Shown one piece after another: positions 1 to 12,529 of a stretch of DNA of 64,000 nucleotides. Origin of the DNA: Octopus vulgaris (Eukaryota); NCBI GenBank assembly GCA_951406725.2, contig OX597817.1:138756001-138820000 (forward strand). Reading direction: 5' to 3'. Position numbers and translations under genes: made by a program. Below the pieces are notes generated by a model. The model did no database searches and was not told the origin of the DNA. It was given only the letters and a program-made list of their open reading frames with translations. Position 1 is the first letter of the stretch. Each line of letters begins with the position of its first letter.

Positions 1-1
1 C

Positions 2-814
2 GGAAGGGTGGGCTGGGCAGGGGGTGGGTGGAGTGATGGTTGTGGTGGCGGTAGTGGTGGTCACGACGAAGACGGTATTGTGGATGAAGATGAAGACAGA
101 GTTGAAGAGAAAAGGAAGAAAACAGGAAGAGAAAAGGAGGAAAAGAAAGTGGTGATGGTGGTGACAGTCATGGAGAAGAAGAACGTAGTGATGGTAATGA
201 TGATGATGATGATGATGATTAAGAAGAAGAAGAACGTGGTGATGGTAATGATGATGATGATGATGATTAAGAAGAACATGGTGATAGTAATGATGATGAT
301 GATGATGATGATGATTAAGAAGAAGAACGTGGTGATGGTAATGATGATGATGATGATGATTAAGAAGAACGTGGTGATAGTAATGATGATGATGATGATT
401 AAGAAGAAGAACGTGGTGATGGTAATGATGATGATGATTAAGAAGAAGAACGTGGTGATGGTAATGATGACGATGATGATGATGATTAAGAAGAAGAACG
501 TGGTGATGGTAATGATGACGATGATGATGATGATTAAGAAGAAGAACGTGGTGATGGTAATGATGATGATGATGATGATGTTTAAGAAGAACGTGGTGAT
601 GGTAATGATGATGATGATTAAGAAGAAGAAGAACGTGGTGATGGTAATGATGATGATGATGATTAAGAAGAAGAATGTGGTGATGGTAATGATGATGATG
701 ATGATGATCCACCGCAACAACATGAACAATGTCATTCAAAAGCCAGTCGTACTCTCCCACCGTCCACCACCTTTCCCACTCCGGGCAGCTGACCACATAA
801 GCACGGCTGGTCAT
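2..814 (-). CDS. N-terminal coding portion of a host gene, running off the left edge: MTSRAYVVSCPEWERWWTVGEYDWLLNDIVHVVAVD-(H-rich repeat x12)-FLFLLFSSCFLPFLFNSVFIFIHNTVFVV-TTTTATTTITPPTPCPAHPS...; probable secreted or membrane protein
   Basis: 271 stop-free codons from ATG 814 to the window edge (absent from the ORF track because there is no stop); in-frame TAG just upstream of the ATG; lies downstream of a strong splice acceptor; hydrophobic stretch followed by Thr/Pro stalk and Cys-Pro. Product class is inference only. Confidence 0.55.
   Translation of the reverse strand, partial: MTSRAYVVSCPEWERWWTVGEYDWLLNDIVHVVAVDHHHHHHYHHHILLLNHHHHHYHHHVLLLLNHHHHYHHHVLLKHHHHHHHYHHHVLLLNHHHHRHHYHHHVLLLNHHHHRHHYHHHVLLLNHHHHYHHHVLLLNHHHHHYYHHVLLNHHHHHHYHHHVLLLNHHHHHHHHYYHHVLLNHHHHHHYHHHVLLLLNHHHHHHHYHHYVLLLHDCHHHHHFLFLLFSSCFLPFLFNSVFIFIHNTVFVVTTTTATTTITPPTPCPAHPS
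174..708. repeat. Minisatellite, 12 units of (AAG)nAACGTGGTGATGGTA(ATG)nATT
   Basis: Directly visible; unit length varies only in multiples of 3. Confidence 0.95.
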
Positions 815-1105
815 TACCTAGCAAATGGCAGCTACAATAGACGCTGCTTTAAACTGGCCATAGCCGCCACCTCCTCCTCTCCTCCACCTCGCCGATTCGT
901 ATTAAACCGAACTCGCTGCAAAGCTTGTATATAACGTATAAAATAATGTATATGCTGTGTGTATCCACGTGTGCCTGTGCATAGCTTCAAGTGGCTCCAA
1001 CAGACATGAGAAGATGGCCGAGTTCTGAGAGACGGTGGCGCCATCTATACTCTGCTTCGCTGACTGATTGATACAATGGTCGGTGCTTCTGTTGTCCAAA
1101 ACCAG

Positions 1106-1124
1106 CTGTAAACGGAGAGAGAGG

Positions 1125-1175
<51 letters not shown>
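1106..1175 (-). promoter_or_regulatory. 3' splice acceptor: (CT)n polypyrimidine tract + CCGTTTACAG; exon begins at 1105 on the minus strand
   Basis: Minus strand reads (CT)n-CCGTTTACAG|CTGGTTTTGG, with an abrupt change from microsatellite to complex sequence. Confidence 0.6.
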
Positions 1176-1180
<5 letters not shown>

Positions 1181-1261
1181 ATGCATGAACGTACGCACAC
1201 ATGGATGTTGCACGCATCACATGTACGAATGCATGTGTCTATGTACGAATATGTGTATGTG

Positions 1262-2234
<973 letters not shown>

Positions 2235-2745
2235 AGGGTAGATAGATATAGATAGATAAATTGTTAAAGACGCGTGTGTGTGTGTTCGTACAAGCATACA
2301 ATGTACAGAGAAATTTAAAGCCAAAAATCTACGCATACACACACAAACACACACGCGCACATGTCAGTTTCCAGATCTTGTTAACAGATAATATGAATGA
2401 AGGCAAGTCTCTCAGCTACCTTCACCTCCATTCTCTCTCTTTTCTTTACCTCCTTCCACCTCTTTCACTCTTTCTCCCCCTCCTCCTATTATTTCATTAA
2501 TGACATCAATGACTCTACTCTCATATAACACTAAACTTCACAGAGACATTGTTCAACCAAAGAGAACATTATTGTTGTTGTTGTTATTGTTGTAATTATT
2601 ATTATTATTCGGCAGATATAAGTAGTTTTGCTGCATTAGCTGGTGTTTTAAGTCTTATGATAGTTACATATAAGCGTATATATATTGTGTGTGTGTGTGA
2701 GAATGTGTACATACATATATATGTATTTACACACACGCACACACA

Positions 2746-2777
<32 letters not shown>

Positions 2778-2853
2778 TACACACACACATACACACATAC
2801 ACACACACATACACACACACACACACATACACACACATACACACACACACACA

Positions 2854-2936
<83 letters not shown>

Positions 2937-2997
2937 GTATGCATATATATATGTATATATATATATATGTATATATGTATATATATATATATATATC

Positions 2998-3367
2998 GTG
3001 GCATTCCGTCGGTTAGGACGACGCGGATTCTAGTTGATCCGGTCAGCGGAACAGCCTGCTCGTGAAATTATTGTGCAAGTGGCTGAGCACTCCACAGGCA
3101 CATATACCCTTAACGTAGTTCTCGGCGAGATTCAGCATGATACAGTGTGGCAAGGCTGGACCCTTTGAAAATACAGGTACAACAAAAACAGGAAGAAAGA
3201 GTGAGAGAATGTTGTGGATAAAAGAGAACAGCAGGGGTCGTCACCACCACCCGCCGGAGCCGCATGAAGCTTTAGATTTCGCTCAATAAACACTCACAAC
3301 GCCCGGTCTGGGAATCGAAACCGCGATCCTAGGACCGTGAGACCGCTGCCCTAACCCTAACCACTGG

Positions 3368-3370
<3 letters not shown>
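2998..3370 (-). mobile_element. tRNA-derived SINE, family C (second copy at 24202-24562, + strand)
   Basis: Head with A-box-like GCCCAGTGGTTAG and B-box-like GGTTTCGATTCC; body is homologous along its length to 24202-24562. Confidence 0.85.
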
Positions 3371-3403
<33 letters not shown>

Positions 3404-3678
3404 ATTCATACATACATACGTTTATATTTACATATTTACAAATATGCTGTAGAGACTTTAACATATCTTCATGAGAGTAATTAAAATGGCCACCACAGTA
3501 CTCACTACGCAGAAGCCATCTTTTATTCACTGATAAAATCGAATCCATCGTGAGCTTAGTGATTCGGATATTTGTCACTTCATCGATTCGTCGTTGTTGT
3601 TCTGAAAATGTGGTCTTCAAGGTAGAGCTAAAGATGCAAGCAGGCAGGCAGACAGACAGACTGACGGACGGATGGATT

Positions 3679-3754
<76 letters not shown>

Positions 3755-3757
<3 letters not shown>

Positions 3758-4700
3758 TTATTTAGCCACACATGGCTTAACACAGAGGGGACAATACAAT
3801 GTAGAATTTTTCTTTTTCGAAATCGATCAAGAGGGATCGAAAAAAAAAAAAAGATAACAAGGCGAGGTTTTTTTTTTTTAACAATTTGAATTCTCCAAAA
3901 GAGGAGAAAATATAACACTGACTAGAGTTATCCATAGAAAGAAAAACCAACGAAAAATAACCAAGTAACCTCGGCGAAAGGAAAAAAAATCTATGAGAGC
4001 AAAATGTCCTCTCTCTCTCCCTTTGTTTGCTTTCCGGGTTCCGTCATTCATGCGCACCATTTTTGCTACATTCACTCAACTTTTATTAAATCTTTCATTA
4101 GACATCACTTTCCTCTCTACTCTCATCTTCCTTTTCAAGTGATACTCGAAAATGTTGATGAGAGATTGGCCAGATAGGAAAATGTTTATCTCTAAATCTT
4201 TCAAAACGAGTTCACCACAAACATTCTTCCGCCATAGCCACCAGTACGACGAAAACTGCTTTGCCTTTCCGGTTAAAGGGAGGTGGCGGGGCAATATTCA
4301 CGATAGACTTGGCTGACAAACGGATTTGTCCCACATGAGACAGCAGCCGTTCGACATATGTCCACAGCTCTGGTTTCGTCGTTCGGACCTATTCTCGGGC
4401 AGGTCGGTTCGGTGTTTCTTGAACCGTGTCTGTAGACCTTCTCTCGAATGGGCAATGCTTCCCGATAGCAATGCCAAGCCAGGAATCTCTGGAAATTGTC
4501 CATAGGTTCCAACCCGAAAGTGGTCCTGAAGAGGCAGGTCAGGTATTTCCTGTCGACGCCCAGATTGTCGCCAAGAACGTCATCAGACCTCCCCTCCACT
4601 AGTCCTCTATAGAATACCTTGGATTTGAAGTTTCACAAGTCTAAACCCGGACGGCAACGTTGTTCTAGAGCTTGGCGACACTCGCGGTGCCATTCGCCCA
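3755..4700 (-). mobile_element. 3' fragment of an L1/Tx1-type LINE (zf-RVT-like C-terminus + 3' UTR)
   Basis: ORF 4273-4599 contains FLAWHCYREALPIREKVYRHG...PTCPR...DET, resembling the W...LP...CP.C...ET..H signature of L1/Tx1 ORF2; ends with AATAAA against an (ATCT)n tract. Confidence 0.75.
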
Positions 4701-4959
4701 GCCTCAGTCTCTGCTTGATCCTTAATTGCATTTCAGTCAGAGAGATAGACAGATATTTTTCAATTATAATAATAATAAAGGATAAAATCTTAAAAAGAAT
4801 TTATCAGTGGCCAGCTTATAAAAATAGACCTATTAAGGTGAATTCATATATATAATTATAATTAAGGGTATAGGAACAAATCCAACCTATATGCTGAAAA
4901 GAGACGCTAAATCGTCCAACCATTTTAAATCGTCACAAAATTACACACGTGTTGAAATC

Positions 4960-5340
4960 GAGGGAGTAAGCCAACGGAAATTCATAGAAATACAGTTAAA
5001 GAGTGGAGAAAGTGAAATCTGTACTTCCAAGGATCAAAGCGTGAATCCACCAAAGTTTTGGGAATTATGCATTAAGAAATTGCTATAAATTACGGCCCTA
5101 ATATGGAAGCATACCATCTTAAAACCGAACCGTCCTCGGCAATATTATTTTCTTTTTCATGTCACGTACGAAAACATTTTTCGGGAACTCCAAGTAGGTA
5201 TCTTTTGTTATGGTGTTGTAAACTAAAAACTGGAACCAAAACGATGGTGTGTTCTGCAGCCAAACCAGACAGAAATCCTTCTGCGGCTGAAAGCAGTGAT
5301 CAATTATTTCCTGAAGGCTTTCATAGTCCCATGTCCAACA
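4960..5340 (-). pseudogene. Highly decayed Tc1/mariner-superfamily transposase fragment
   Basis: Manual minus-strand translation NTITKDTYLEF...RF*DGMLPY*GRNL*QFLNA*FPKLWW resembles the QQDGAPPH...FLN..FP.RW region around the second catalytic Asp; several stops. Confidence 0.5.
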
Positions 5341-5687
5341 ATTAAATTTGAAGGTGGTTCATTGTTATGAAATCTTCCGAAAATCCTCTGTGCCACTCAT
5401 CGTCAGTCCTGCCCATTTATCCTCATCAGGTAAATTCTGAACTATTGGCAAATGAAAATGCGTTTTCATGCCGCTAGATTTTAGACACTCTTGAAAAGAA
5501 CTGTTGCAGATAAAAAAGCAATTTTGAAGCATTACGTATTGAACTGTGTGGATTTTTTTGAGACAGAATGGTAACAGATGGCTATGTTTCAGTGTCTGCA
5601 ACATGTAAGTTTTAAACTGTTGAAAATTCAAATAATTGAAGAAAGGAAGCAGCGTGACAAGATATGAGGTAATATATTCGTATATTG

Positions 5688-5905
5688 GAAGGCGGTGAGC
5701 AGGCAGAAACGTTAACACGCCGGGCGAAATGCTTAGCGTTATTTCGTTTGTCTTTACGTTCTGAGTTCTAATTCCGCCGAGGTCGACTCTGCCGTTCATC
5801 CTTTCGGGGTCGATAAATTAAGTATCAGTTGTGTACTAGGTCGATCTAATTGACCTAGTCCCCCAAAATTTCGGACCTTGTGCCAAGAGTAGAAAAGAAT
5901 ATATT
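5688..5905 (+). mobile_element. tRNA-derived SINE, family B with tail type 2
   Basis: AAGGCGGTGAGC head, B box GAGTTCTAATTCC, central CATCCTTTCGGGGTCGATAAATTAAGTA block, tail CCTTGTGCCAAGAGTAGAAAAG. Related copies or fragments near 19100-19240, 33620-33785, 37962-38180, 39530-39660, 41890-42055, 47725-47875, 49957-50122, 54830-54995, 59835-59915. Confidence 0.9.
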
Positions 5906-6713
5906 CGTAAACAGATCGAAATATCATCATCGAGTTTATTCTTCCATTTATTCAACACTCATGAGGCGCCGAACACCTCATGTTTTTCTCTGTTTATATG
6001 ACATACACGTGATCTTTTCGTGTTTTTTGTCTCTTATGTGAAAAACAAACAAACAAATAAAAGCAAGATTACTACTCACAGAACATGTACCTCGTTTCCT
6101 TCCCTAATCAACATTATGGAATATTCAGCCAACATATAAAGTACTCATCAATTAGATTAGCACCGTGATGGATAGTTCAATTTTCGTATGGGTTTTCCAG
6201 AGGACTTATCATTAATTAAAAAATATCTATTTGATGCACATTACGAAGAACCGAAATGAATGTAAATATTAGCCTAGCTGCATGATAAATATTTAGAATG
6301 TAAAAAATAATCTTTGAATACGTTTGACGTACGTAAATAAAAAAGAGGGGGGTTGCCATGACGGACCGTTTCACTGTTTGCTAATCGCTCCTCAGAGAAG
6401 TGCAGAATGTACACCTGACATATGTAGTGATCATGAATAATGCTAACGCTGTAATGTACGACTTCATTGGCGCCCTCAGCTACCTGCCATCAGTTATACA
6501 CTATTCATGTACAGTACAATGAAAATTAGATTCAGTGCAGGAAAAGCTGAGAAGCGATGTGTTTACATTTTGGATATTTTTTTCTCACAGCTGGGTGCTT
6601 AAATATCTAAATAAATTTCAGCACTTCCCCCTTTCTATTGTGTATATTATCTATCTATTTATCTGTCTGTCTATCTATCTATTTATTTACCTAACTATTT
6701 ATTTACCTATCTA

Positions 6714-6836
<123 letters not shown>

Positions 6837-6889
6837 AAGATGTCAACTTTGTTGTTTCTCAGATTTTGTCTTTGTCCCTTGATCTCTGG

Positions 6890-7330
6890 CTCTTAGTCCT
6901 TAGCCCTTAGATCCTTCTGTACTGTCAACACAGCGGTGGGCAACGATCTTTCTCCAATCATTCCGACTATTCGCTTCGCAACGCCATTCTCTCATTCCAG
7001 AATGTAGTGCACAACGTCTTTCCTGATCTTCCCCTCGGTCTTTGTCCTTCCTCAAGCGTCCATTCCATCGCGATGGCAGCGTGACTCTTCTGCGGTAACC
7101 GTTGCCAGCTCTTCTCATCAGTTGACAAATTTTCGCAGTCTTCTTCCAGGCTTCACAAGCGTAGGAAGCTATTTGTATAACAATATATTAATATAGCTGC
7201 AGCTTTGTCTTCTTACGACTGGCTTTGACAATTACTCTCTTCTCTGCATTTACGACCTTCTTTGCTGCCGCCTCCCACAGCACCCGCTGATATACAGATG
7301 ACAGTTCTCTCTAACTATCCCCACTCAAAG
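6890..7330 (-). mobile_element. Decayed 3' fragment of an RTE-like LINE
   Basis: Minus translation gives YACEAW (YGxETW-like motif) and a terminal ..RNDWRKIV...C; short (CTAAGG)-like tail. Confidence 0.55.
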
Positions 7331-7448
7331 CTGAGTGGTAGCACATGGCATAGTGGTTAGGGCTGCTGGTCTATTGATTGTAAGATTGTAGTTTCGATTC
7401 CTGGACCAGACAACGCGTTGTGTTCTTGAGCAAAACACTTCATTTCAT

Positions 7449-7949
7449 ACAGTTGTATATTTTAGAGATGAGGAATTATGTACATTATTTACATTATTTA
7501 CATTTGACATATATTTGTCCTCATCTTGTTTGTTGTTAACACAACGTTTCGGCTGATATAACCCCACCCAGCCTTCATCAGGTGTCTTGGGGAAGTTTCG
7601 AACCTGGGTTGTCATTCCTAAGGTATTTTTCGATGTTATTATTATTAGTATTATTGTTGTTGTTGTTGTTGTTATTCAGTCACTACCTAGAATCGAACTC
7701 GGAACCTTGGGGTTAGTAGCCCGCGCTCTTAACCACTACGCCATAAGCCTGAATTCGATTCCAGGCAGTGACCTGAATAATAGTAATAATAAAAATAATA
7801 ATAATAACATTGAAAAATACCTTAGGCATGAGAACCCGGGTTCGAAATTTTCCCAAGAAACCTGATGGAGACTGGAGGGTATATCAGCCGAAACGTTGTG
7901 TTAACAACAAACAAAATGAGGACAAATATCTGTCAAATGTAAATAATGT
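7449..7949 (-). mobile_element. Fold-back insertion of a tRNA-headed, hammerhead-bearing short element (full copy on - strand, 5'-truncated inverted copy on + strand)
   Basis: Arms of about 200 bp are reverse complements; ACTTCATTTCAT duplicated at 7437-7448 and 7950-7961; A box TGGCGTAGTGG and B box GAGTTCGATTC at 7690-7744. Confidence 0.85.
7538..7586 (-). ncRNA. Minimal type I hammerhead ribozyme motif
   Basis: GACAC-CUGAUGA-A-GGCUG(loop)CAGCC-GAAA-CG-UU-GUGUU: core intact, stems I and II pair, palindromic minimal stem III. Confidence 0.8.
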
Positions 7950-8099
7950 ACTTCATTTCATGTCACTCCAATCCACTCAGCTAGCAAAAGTGAGTAACCC
8001 TTCGATTGACTGGCGTCCCGTACAGGTGGGGAATGTATATATACCACAGAAGCCGGGAAATTAGCCCTTTTGAGTCTGTATGACTCAGGAAAGAGAGAC

Positions 8100-8825
8100 G
8101 CCCCTCATGCCAAATCTCTTTTGATTCCATGAACGGAAATCCTGAGAGTATCCTCCACCTGGGTCATGCAACCTTTGTGCCTTTTGACTCCATATCACCA
8201 CATCCCTTCTAAAACATGGGAGGTCCTTGTCTGGAGCCCTGACGGTCATTGCAAATGCTGGGCCTACCATCGAGGATCTCTTCTAATGAAAATATACCCT
8301 CAGCATAGAAAGGACTGCATCTCAAACACTGGCCCTTTTTTTCATGGCCAGAAAACATCTCAGTCCTCAACAACTGCTAATACTCTGCAAGACACAAGCC
8401 AAGGAAGCAATGGAATACTGTTCCCACATTGGGGACAAGGCTACTGTTCCACACACTGATATCCGGGGCCATATCCACAGTAGGACCACTCGGCTGACTG
8501 ATATTCAGTCACTAATGAACACACCCCAGCCTCTCGCTCACACATCTGCTGTCACCTCTCCCTACCTCACTCTCTCTCTCTCTCTCTCTCACTTTACCTC
8601 TAATAGTCTCTGTTCCAGGAAACATGTTTGATTCGTATCTTCATCACTCTGGCACACCTGACTCGCTCATCTCTTTACTTCTACTGATTCTTGGTGCGTC
8701 AAAATCCGTTTCGCTGCGCTAAGTTTTATTCTCAATCCTTCTTCCTCCTTCTTCAAGAGAATATGCCTCCCCTGGAATCTTCTTCCTCCTTTAAACGGAA
8801 CATAAATGGCGTCGAGTTCACCGGT
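8100..8825 (+). mobile_element. Decayed 3' fragment of a CR1/Jockey-group LINE
   Basis: ARKHLSPQQLLILCKTQAKEAMEYCSHI resembles LYKAQVRP.MEYCSH.W; terminal ..SFKRNIN. Confidence 0.65.
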
Positions 8826-9765
8826 CGCGGTGTGTGGTGATATGTATGTATGTATGTGTGTGTGTGCGTGTGTGTGTGTGTGTATCTTTGTATTAGACGA
8901 GTGATGGTGGTATGGGTGGGTGTATGTGGGCGTATGTGTGTGTGTGTGTGGGGGGGGGGTTCCACTAATCTAAGATGGAGGGTGACTCTCATACGCAATG
9001 CTCCTTCTCCTCCACCTTTATCTAAATCCATCAGACAAAAGAGTTTCTCAGACAGCCTGGTGAATCTCTGGTACTCTAATTTACATGCAGATGTAGAAAA
9101 GAGAGAATGATAGACGGACGGACAGACAGTGAAACAGACAGATAGACAGACAGAGACAGATAGACAGATAGACAGACAGACAGCTATAGACAAAGAGTTA
9201 GAGGCGTTGATGCATTTCCATTACAAAGAACAACTCTTCAGCACATTAATTAAATGAAATGTAACTGAGTCAAAGATCAAAACGGGATCGTTGACGGTTT
9301 CGCTCTCCGTGGCTCATTGCATCTTTAATGACAAGTGATTTTAACGACGATGATGACGACGACGATTGTAACAGCAACAACAACAACAACAACAGCAACA
9401 ACAACAATAGGCCACTAAACAAAGATGAAAGCCAAGAGAAACAAAAAAGTCAGTTGGATGGGTGAAAATGCAAGAGTGATTTTGTAAGGGAAATTTAGTG
9501 AAGGGTGACGGACACAAGAAAAAATGATCTTCATTTTGGCTCAACAGATTTTTACTTTCTCTTTAAATAACCCCACCAATCTCATCTTTATATCCCCGCC
9601 TCCTTCCTATGCAGTCAACCCCTCTTTACTTCTCTAATTCTCTCTCTCTCTGTCCTCTTCACTCCTCCCTTACTCCCTCTCTTCATTTCCCCTTCTCTTA
9701 TACGCTATCTTCCTCTCTCTTTCTATCCATTAATCGATCGATTAATCTTCCTAACCACCCACCTT

Positions 9766-9851
<86 letters not shown>

Positions 9852-9856
9852 CATCC

Positions 9857-9924
<68 letters not shown>

Positions 9925-9981
9925 CTATATATATCTATCTATCTATCTATTTCGTTCTACACACACACACCACAGACATAA

Positions 9982-10020
<39 letters not shown>

Positions 10021-11644
10021 CACACACTCGCCCGCATATACACCAACACCCATCTATCTATCACTTGTTGTTTTTCTTCAATTCCTTTCTCACACCTAGT
10101 CGTGTTGTGTGTGTTATGTATGTGTGTGCGTATACGTAAGTGTGTGAACAAGTGTGACTGAGTGTCTTTGTGTGTGTGTGTTGAAAGAAATTCATTGAAC
10201 CGTGTCACAGAGCCATAGAAGGATTTGAACTGGTCTCGGCCCACCATCCCCGTATTTTGTTGTATAAATAAACAGATTAGATATATTTAAACAGCCGTTT
10301 ATTGTTATCAAAAACAAATATACTCCACACACCCTCCTCACCTGAACAGCTCTCCATCCATCCATTCATCCAGCCAGTCAGCTATCTCACATATATCAAC
10401 ACGTATGCACACACACACACACACACACACACCGACACTGACACCGACACACACACACACACACACACACTTTAAACACACACATATACACACATATACA
10501 CACCTTTGTCGGGGAAACCCTCCATTAACACCTGCAAATTATTTTGATGTTGCTCAGCATTTATTTTCTGTTTCTCCTCCACTCATTCATAACCGCTCAC
10601 TGTTTCATTCTTTCTTTCTGTCTGTCTGTCTGCCTCTCTCACACACACACATACACAGACCTACAGATCTCACGTTGTCGGGTGTGCTGCAGTAACTGTA
10701 CTTATACTGTTTGAAAAAACATTAAGCCTACCGACGACTGCCACATCTTGGTCAGAGAGAAGAGTTTTAGCAGCTGAGATGTCCAAGAACGATCGGACGA
10801 AACCAAATCCAACCAGTTTTTGTTGTGTTCCGTTGGCTCATAAACTTAAACAGCAACCCTATAATTGTTTTGACCAGGGATGAGGCACTATACCATGGTT
10901 TCAGATTATTGGTAAACCAGTCCACATACGAGAAGTTGAATTGTTGAATTGAAGGTTAATTTTTCCAGAATAAAGCACATGATTTTTCTGGGACCCTCTC
11001 GCAAGAACTTTAGAAACCAATTATAATTAAGTCGATAATTTTATTCTATACAGGTATACATTCACAGTAGCCATCGGGGAATACATTCTATGCAGTAGTT
11101 CCCAACCAGGGCCCTTGGAGCGTCCATATAAGGTTTTGTGGGGGCCTCTCAAGCAAAATGAGTGAGGATGAAAATCATGATTTTTAGTTAGGCATCCGTG
11201 TTAAATGGGTTTCATGGTTCTCTTTCTCTCTTTCTGTTCTTTGTTTTTAAGCAAAGCTACCGATTGTCGTGATGAAATGTTTAAACTTATTCAATCTTAG
11301 ATATGAACCCTGAAATATTCTAAAGGGAATCTGCAAACCTCCTTGAAACCACAGGATTCCTTGAAACTCCATGAAACCTCAAGTTGGAAGAATTTTGTTT
11401 ATCATACTGACATATAACGATAAAATGTTTGCAATTTCTGCTGACAAAGAAAACGAAAAGAACGTGACGAATCTGCTATATGCATGCGATCAGATACACA
11501 CTCACATACAAACAAATGAAAATAATACGCATCTAATCAGAAAAAGACTTACACAGATGCATTCACAAACGCTTAGACAAAAATATGGTTTTCATAAAGA
11601 CTAAAACACATGACCAAACACTCACAGACAATTGCACAGGCACG

Positions 11645-11706
<62 letters not shown>

Positions 11707-11925
11707 TCTTAATAAATGCACTAAATGACATTTTCTTACAAACCTACACAACAGTCCTTTCTACTCTATGCACAAAGCCTGAAATTTTGAGGGAGAGGAT
11801 CAGTCGACTACATCGACCTCCGTACACAACTGGTACTTATTCTAAGGACGAAAGCCAAAGTCGAATTCGGCGGAATTTGTGTGTATGTATCACTCTCTCT
11901 CTCTCTCTCTATCTATCCATCTCTT

Positions 11926-11967
<42 letters not shown>

Positions 11968-12359
11968 CACGAGCTATAAACAGTAGCAACACGACATCGT
12001 GAAGTATATTTGCCACCTAAATGTGGCTAACCCTTAAGGGCGATGCTACTGTAGCTTGTAGCCCTAGGAGGTCATCCCCTCCAGTTGGCTATTGACACAC
12101 TATCTGTGCCCTATCAGTATTTGCACAGGGAAGTCATTGTCCCCATCACCAGCCTGACGTGGTACACACGGACCCGGGTTTCTGGATATTGACCTGTAAT
12201 CAGCGTGTGACAACCCCTGGTTGGCGATGGGAAATGGTTTTCAATGAAAATATATTTATACTTTTTCCAGTGACAAAAAGTTATTGATCTCGAAAAAGTG
12301 GAAATAAGCAATAATAAATCTCTGAGCGAGGTATAAAGAGTAGCAGCACGACATGTATG

Positions 12360-12439
<80 letters not shown>

Positions 12440-12529
12440 TTTATATATACACACACATACATACATACACACACACGCATATATACACACATGTACATAT
12501 ATATACACACATATTCTTTCTTCTATTCT

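Larger units (their letters stand above)
7334..8097 (+). mobile_element. tRNA-derived CORE-like SINE (family D) interrupted by the 7449-7949 insertion
   Basis: Head TGGCATAGTGGTTAG...GTTTCGATTCC, then TTCTTGAGCAAAACACTTCATTTCAT, resuming at 7950 with CACTCCAATCCACTCAGCT; related copies at 30575-30890 (-) and 61270-61390 (+). Confidence 0.8.

Noticed and set aside
174-708. Repeat-spacer look reminiscent of a CRISPR array
   Set aside because: Spacers are just (ATG)n of varying length, context is eukaryotic and there are no cas genes.
8-934. 308-aa plus-strand ORF rich in Met/Lys/Val
   Set aside because: Exact antisense of the His-rich minus frame; no ATG start at 8, while the splice signal supports the minus strand.
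7680-7750. Possible tRNA gene
   Set aside because: A and B boxes are present but there is no proper acceptor stem; it is the head of a repeat.
9200-9340. TGAGTCA, ATCAAA and TAATTA motifs suggesting an enhancer
   Set aside because: Short motifs expected by chance in AT-rich DNA; no independent support.
11990-12300. Complex GC-balanced block that could be an exon
   Set aside because: No convincing ORF or splice sites; more likely an unclassified repeat.
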